A stretch of DNA of 46,917 nt from a virus. Its lineage: Duplodnaviria > Heunggongvirae > Uroviricota > Caudoviricetes. Numbering within the stretch: position 1 is the first letter of the stretch; every line of letters begins with the position of its first letter. The translations under genes were made by a program, and so were the position numbers. Under the pieces are notes generated by a model, which made no database searches, was not told where the DNA came from, and saw only the letters and a list, made by a program, of their open reading frames with translations. The stretch covers positions 1-46,917 of the IMG/VR virus record IMGVR_UViG_2974695582_000001. One strand, given 5' to 3'. Positions 43,332 to 46,917 of this stretch are shown in pieces.

Positions 43332-44147
43332 ATGAAGTGGGCTTTTATCAGTGACCTACAGATTCCGTATCACGATAAGAGAGCCGTAGACCTTTGGTTC
43401 AAGGCTATGAAGTGGTGGAAGCCAGATGCGATTGATATTCCTGGTGATATTGATGACCAGCTCGAATACAGTCGATTCTCGGATGGTACTACTGATGAAT
43501 TCTTTAATAAACTAAAGAAGGAAAAGCAGCTTGAGGAAGAGTCTGACGCTGACTTTAGGGCCAGGGTATCGCCTCTGCCTTTTATTGCAGAGTATGCGAA
43601 GGAGGCTCGAAACTTTTATAGTCGGGTTAGAAACGACCACCCGAATGCAGATGTTCATGTTAGCCTAGGCAATCATGATATTAGGGTGATGAGTTATATG
43701 GACAAGAAGGCACCAGCCTATCTAGACCAGATTACTCCCAATATGCTTTGGGGTTTGGATGACCTTGGTTTCACATATAGAAATTATGAACTCCCTCCGC
43801 TTGAGCGATTTGGCGGGGTTTATGTTCATCACGGAAATACAACTACTACCACAGGTCTAGCAGTAAAGACGGACATTGAGAATTACAATATCTCTTTGGC
43901 CCGTGGACACGACCATCGTGGTGGTGTAGTATATAAGTCATACCCAATGACAGGGACCACACTGGTTGGTCTAGGCACAGGTCATATGTGTGACCCTAGT
44001 GCATATGGATTGAAGTACACAACCAATCCATCATGGGAACTTGGATTCGGAATTGGCCATGTAATTGATGGAGTTCCCAATCTGCAATTCATTCCCATCT
44101 CTCCGGACTACGTTTGCGTAGTTGACGGAAAGGTCTTCAAGGGGTAG
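43332..44147 (+). CDS. Calcineurin-like metallophosphoesterase
   Basis: FISDLQ, PGDIDD, LGNHD, VHHG, GHDH motifs in canonical order; ATG 43332 after GGGAG. Confidence 0.88.
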   Translation: MKWAFISDLQIPYHDKRAVDLWFKAMKWWKPDAIDIPGDIDDQLEYSRFSDGTTDEFFNKLKKEKQLEEESDADFRARVSPLPFIAEYAKEARNFYSRVRNDHPNADVHVSLGNHDIRVMSYMDKKAPAYLDQITPNMLWGLDDLGFTYRNYELPPLERFGGVYVHHGNTTTTTGLAVKTDIENYNISLARGHDHRGGVVYKSYPMTGTTLVGLGTGHMCDPSAYGLKYTTNPSWELGFGIGHVIDGVPNLQFIPISPDYVCVVDGKVFKG

Positions 44148-44177
44148 TTGCCCTTAGAAGATGTGCTCTGCTATAAT
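44148..44177 (+). promoter_or_regulatory. Promoter TTGCCC-18-TATAAT
   Basis: TGC-extended -10 upstream of the holin. Confidence 0.7.
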
Positions 44178-44212
44178 GAGCATAGATGAAAAGTAAAGGA
44201 GGTATAACCTAT

Positions 44213-44557
44213 ATGGCTTATGCCAAGTCTCTACTAGCAGTTCTTGTTACCGTTATTACGGCTGTTGTTGCAGCGATGACTGACAGCGTTGTTTCCAATG
44301 TTGAATGGATTAACGTTGCTATCGCTGGTGCTGGTGCTGCTGCGGTATTTGCAGCCCCAAACGTTCCTGGTTCTCGTTACACGAAGGCGGTTCTTGCAAT
44401 TATCACTGCTGTTCTAACCTTCCTTGTAACTGTAATTACGGATGGCGTATCAACCGCTGAATGGCTTCAGGTTCTTGTTATTGCTGCCGGTGCCGTTGGC
44501 GTCTATGCAGTACCTAACAAGCCTACGACCACGATTGGTCAGCCTGGTGTACTGTAA
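44213..44557 (+). CDS. Probable holin (4 TM, internally duplicated)
   Basis: Two similar halves YxK...TD...EW...AG...A.PN; AGGAGG RBS before ATG 44213; function inferred from topology. Confidence 0.7.
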   Translation: MAYAKSLLAVLVTVITAVVAAMTDSVVSNVEWINVAIAGAGAAAVFAAPNVPGSRYTKAVLAIITAVLTFLVTVITDGVSTAEWLQVLVIAAGAVGVYAVPNKPTTTIGQPGVL

Positions 44558-44738
44558 TAAATGTACAGGTCGAGTAATGTTCGACCGCGTGTTTTCTGAT
44601 AAAGGACACGTAGAACTGTTTTGCATCATTTGCGGTAAGCGATGGATGCTTGATAAGACAAAGAATAGGTTTGCTGCATGGCTATGGAAGAAGGAACAAA
44701 GCCACGCCACAGCCGCAAGCGACGCAAGGCCCGTCTGA
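44547..44738 (+). CDS. Small zinc-ribbon protein (CNKC...CIIC)
   Basis: GTG 44547 start; two CxxC pairs. Confidence 0.7.
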   Translation: MYCNKCTGRVMFDRVFSDKGHVELFCIICGKRWMLDKTKNRFAAWLWKKEQSHATAASDARPV

Positions 44739-45214
44739 GATACTTTTATCTCAACGGGGATTTGCACAAAGTCCTGAGTGTCACACGTGCTCAGGACTTT
44801 GCTATTTGCTGGAACTTTCGTGAAGGCAAGCGTGCTGGTTATATTTGGTCTGACCTTCGAAGAAACGCTGAACGTGCATTCAAGATGCAGGAAGTCAGTG
44901 CTATGATTGGAAGGCATAGAGTAAATATTGAGCGTGATATTCTGGCGGGTAACATCAAGGCCCCTCAGAGAAGTTATACCCTAGACGGAAATAAAAGACC
45001 GCTTTACTACTTTTTCTCCGAAAAGGATGTACTTGATTTGCATGACTATCTACTGACTATCCATATTGGAAGACCCAGAAAGGATGGTAAGATTACTCCA
45101 GCAAACATGCCGTCTAAGACGGAATTGCGAGCAATGATGCGTCATGATATGGTAACTTACGTAAAAACAGAAGGCGGAGAGTTCGTTCCCGTCTGGAAGG
45201 AGCAAAGTTGGTAA
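44678..45214 (+). CDS. Helix-turn-helix DNA-binding protein (MerR/excisionase-like segment)
   Basis: FKMQEVSAMIGRHRVNIERDILAGNI...YFFSEKDV. Confidence 0.7.
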   Translation: MAMEEGTKPRHSRKRRKARLRYFYLNGDLHKVLSVTRAQDFAICWNFREGKRAGYIWSDLRRNAERAFKMQEVSAMIGRHRVNIERDILAGNIKAPQRSYTLDGNKRPLYYFFSEKDVLDLHDYLLTIHIGRPRKDGKITPANMPSKTELRAMMRHDMVTYVKTEGGEFVPVWKEQSW

Positions 45215-45510
45215 AGGTTAAGCCTGTTACATATGAGCCTATCGCTGATGAACTCAACGGTAGCGTAGCCCTTTTGCAGGCGGCTTCCGCACTTGACGCT
45301 GCGGTCTATCTTGCTGTAGAGTCAAAGAACGTTGAAAAGTTGATGGATGCTGTTGCCATGTGGATTGGACTGGCAGAGCGTCTAGGCATTGAACTAGAAG
45401 ACGATGCTTCAGAAGAATCCGAGCCAGGAAAGCGGCGGGATTTCGGATTCACAAGCAATATGTCTAAGATTGATGAACCCATTAAGGAGGTACTTACAGA
45501 AGATGCATGA
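45208..45510 (+). CDS. Hypothetical protein (100 aa)
   Basis: TTG start, operon overlap. Confidence 0.7.
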   Translation: MVKVKPVTYEPIADELNGSVALLQAASALDAAVYLAVESKNVEKLMDAVAMWIGLAERLGIELEDDASEESEPGKRRDFGFTSNMSKIDEPIKEVLTEDA

Positions 45511-45748
45511 AGTTGAGAGCACTGAGAAGACACCTACTCCTCACAAGGTTAAGGTGATGGTCGGTTATACTCGGAACATGGGTAACTTTGAGTCTCTTCG
45601 TCTAGACGTTGGTCTAGAGGTTGAGGGTTATGGTAACCCGAATCCTACGTTTGACAAGGCGTATGGTTGGGCTGAAGGAAGGCTGCTTGCTCACCTTGAT
45701 GAGCTTGAGTCTGAAATCAAGGGGATTAAGGAGAAGTACGAGGACTGA
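45503..45748 (+). CDS. Hypothetical protein (MHEVESTEK...NMGNFESLRLDVG)
   Basis: ATG 45503 with AAGGAGG upstream; TGATG coupling to the next gene. Confidence 0.75.
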   Translation: MHEVESTEKTPTPHKVKVMVGYTRNMGNFESLRLDVGLEVEGYGNPNPTFDKAYGWAEGRLLAHLDELESEIKGIKEKYED

Positions 45749-46092
45749 TGGCCGCAAAGAACACGCAAGCGCAAAATGCTAATGCTCTGATTACTCTTTA
45801 TATCCAGTGTTTTACAGAGAAGTATTCACGAAAGCCTAACATTAACCGCTATCGTGTTAAGTGGGGCTTTCAGGATATGGTAGAAGACCTGGGGTATGGT
45901 CCGGCCAGAGAGGTAGTTGAATACTACTTCAAGACAGCGCGTCAGGGCCACCAGGTTGAATTTCTTCTAATGAATTACGAAAAGGTATTCGAATTCATGG
46001 AAGAGAAGAAGAAGGACGAAGAAAAAAGGGCTGAGCTGCGAAGGCAGACTGAAGAGAGAGTAAAGGAGCTGGAGTCTAAGAATGACGGCTGA
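45748..46092 (+). CDS. Hypothetical protein, possibly helicase loader (by position only)
   Basis: Immediately upstream of and overlapping the helicase. Confidence 0.7.
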   Translation: MAAKNTQAQNANALITLYIQCFTEKYSRKPNINRYRVKWGFQDMVEDLGYGPAREVVEYYFKTARQGHQVEFLLMNYEKVFEFMEEKKKDEEKRAELRRQTEERVKELESKNDG

Positions 46093-46917
46093 ACTTAAGG
46101 TAATTAACGCAGTCTGCAAGAACAAGGACATTGGTGTTCTATTCGCGGACAATGTAGACGAACTATTCGATGCATATGGTGATGTTTGGAAGAGCATCAA
46201 GTCTCATTATGAGAAGTACAAGTCTGTACCCGAGATTACAATTCTCCAGGAGCGTTTCGATGACCTGGAAATCATTGACACTAAGGGTGAGACGGAATAC
46301 TACCTTGATGAGCTTAAGACCGATTATATGAATTCTCGGATTAAGCAGATTGTATCCAAGGCTGGAGCGGCTATCCAGTCGGGTGAGGCTCCCGGCCGCA
46401 TTATCGATAAGACGAACACTGCTCTGGCAAAGTTGGGGCGATTCGCAAATAACGTGCGTGACGTTGATGTCACAGATTTCGCGGCGGCTGAGCAGCATTT
46501 TCAGGCTGTCCGCGACCGTAGTGCAGCAACGGGTAGTCCGGGTATTCCTACATCGTTCAAGTCTATTGACTCAGTGTATCCAACCGGTATGGCCCCTGGT
46601 CACCTTATCGTGGCTATTGGTTGGCCGGGTAAGGGTAAGACTTGGTTCACTTCCTATCTCGCCTGTAAGGCATGGGAGCAGGGATTTAAGCCAATGATTG
46701 TCTCTCTGGAAATGTCTCCAGAGAATATGCGTGACCGAATTTACACCATGATGGGTTCTGGTCTCTTCCGAGCCTCCGACTTTGCCAAGGGAGATGTCAA
46801 CATTGACGACTTCCATGCTTGGGGAAAGCGAAGGTTTGATAACAAGGGTGGATTCGTGGTAGTATCAAATGAGGGTCTTAATGATGTGACCCCTAATACG
46901 GTTCAGGGTAAGATTGA
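46082..46917 (+). CDS. dnaB: DnaB-like replicative helicase (5' part, truncated by the window edge; absent from the ORF track)
   Basis: Hand translation MTAELKVINAVCKNKD...GMAPGHLIVAIGWPGKGKT (Walker A)...VSLEMSPE. Confidence 0.9.
   Translation, partial: MTAELKVINAVCKNKDIGVLFADNVDELFDAYGDVWKSIKSHYEKYKSVPEITILQERFDDLEIIDTKGETEYYLDELKTDYMNSRIKQIVSKAGAAIQSGEAPGRIIDKTNTALAKLGRFANNVRDVDVTDFAAAEQHFQAVRDRSAATGSPGIPTSFKSIDSVYPTGMAPGHLIVAIGWPGKGKTWFTSYLACKAWEQGFKPMIVSLEMSPENMRDRIYTMMGSGLFRASDFAKGDVNIDDFHAWGKRRFDNKGGFVVVSNEGLNDVTPNTVQGKI

Noticed and set aside
16038-44917. Long antisense or alternate-frame ORFs (e.g. 16038..16631, 16920..17414, 26831..27346, 28165..28623, 44450..44917)
   Set aside because: They shadow well-supported genes, lack RBSs and reflect codon bias of the sense strand
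8141-46917. Inteins or introns in nrdJ, tape measure or helicase
   Set aside because: Frames are continuous and of normal size, with no C/S...HN splice motifs or LAGLIDADG blocks noticed; the helicase is only partly visible
1-46917. CRISPR array, integrase or attachment site, IS element
   Set aside because: No regularly spaced direct repeats and no recombinase or transposase motifs seen

Overview
46.9 kb of a large tailed (siphovirus-type) phage genome of moderate GC. Several features point to a Streptomyces host: TTA codons absent in the genes I read, HrdB-like TTGACA/TAGAAT promoters and actinobacterial-style NrdR boxes. The gene order resembles my recollection of the large Streptomyces phages of clusters BE/BK. 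Host and lineage are inference; no database search was run. Layout: (i) AT-rich left end with two small rightward ORFs and convergent terminators; (ii) leftward accessory block with small proteins, a C5-cytosine methyltransferase, ThyX, a separately promoted non-coding operon (three tRNA-Thr isoacceptors, a tRNA-like RNA and structured spacers), a Dps-like ferritin and a secreted Rpf-like transglycosylase; (iii) rightward block with two GT4 glycosyltransferases, class II ribonucleotide reductase with tandem NrdR-like boxes, amidase-LysM endolysin, a stand-alone ~100 nt small-RNA unit, then the morphogenesis module (portal, protease with nested scaffold, capsid, neck, tail tube, frameshifted chaperone, tape measure, minor tail proteins, 2011-aa fibre); (iv) HNH, metallophosphoesterase, holin, DNA-binding proteins and a DnaB-like helicase cut by the window edge. 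The most novel-looking signal is a ~40-45 nt two-hairpin RNA module present both inside the tRNA-Thr operon and in the independent small-RNA unit behind the endolysin. All promoter, fold and domain calls were made by eye.
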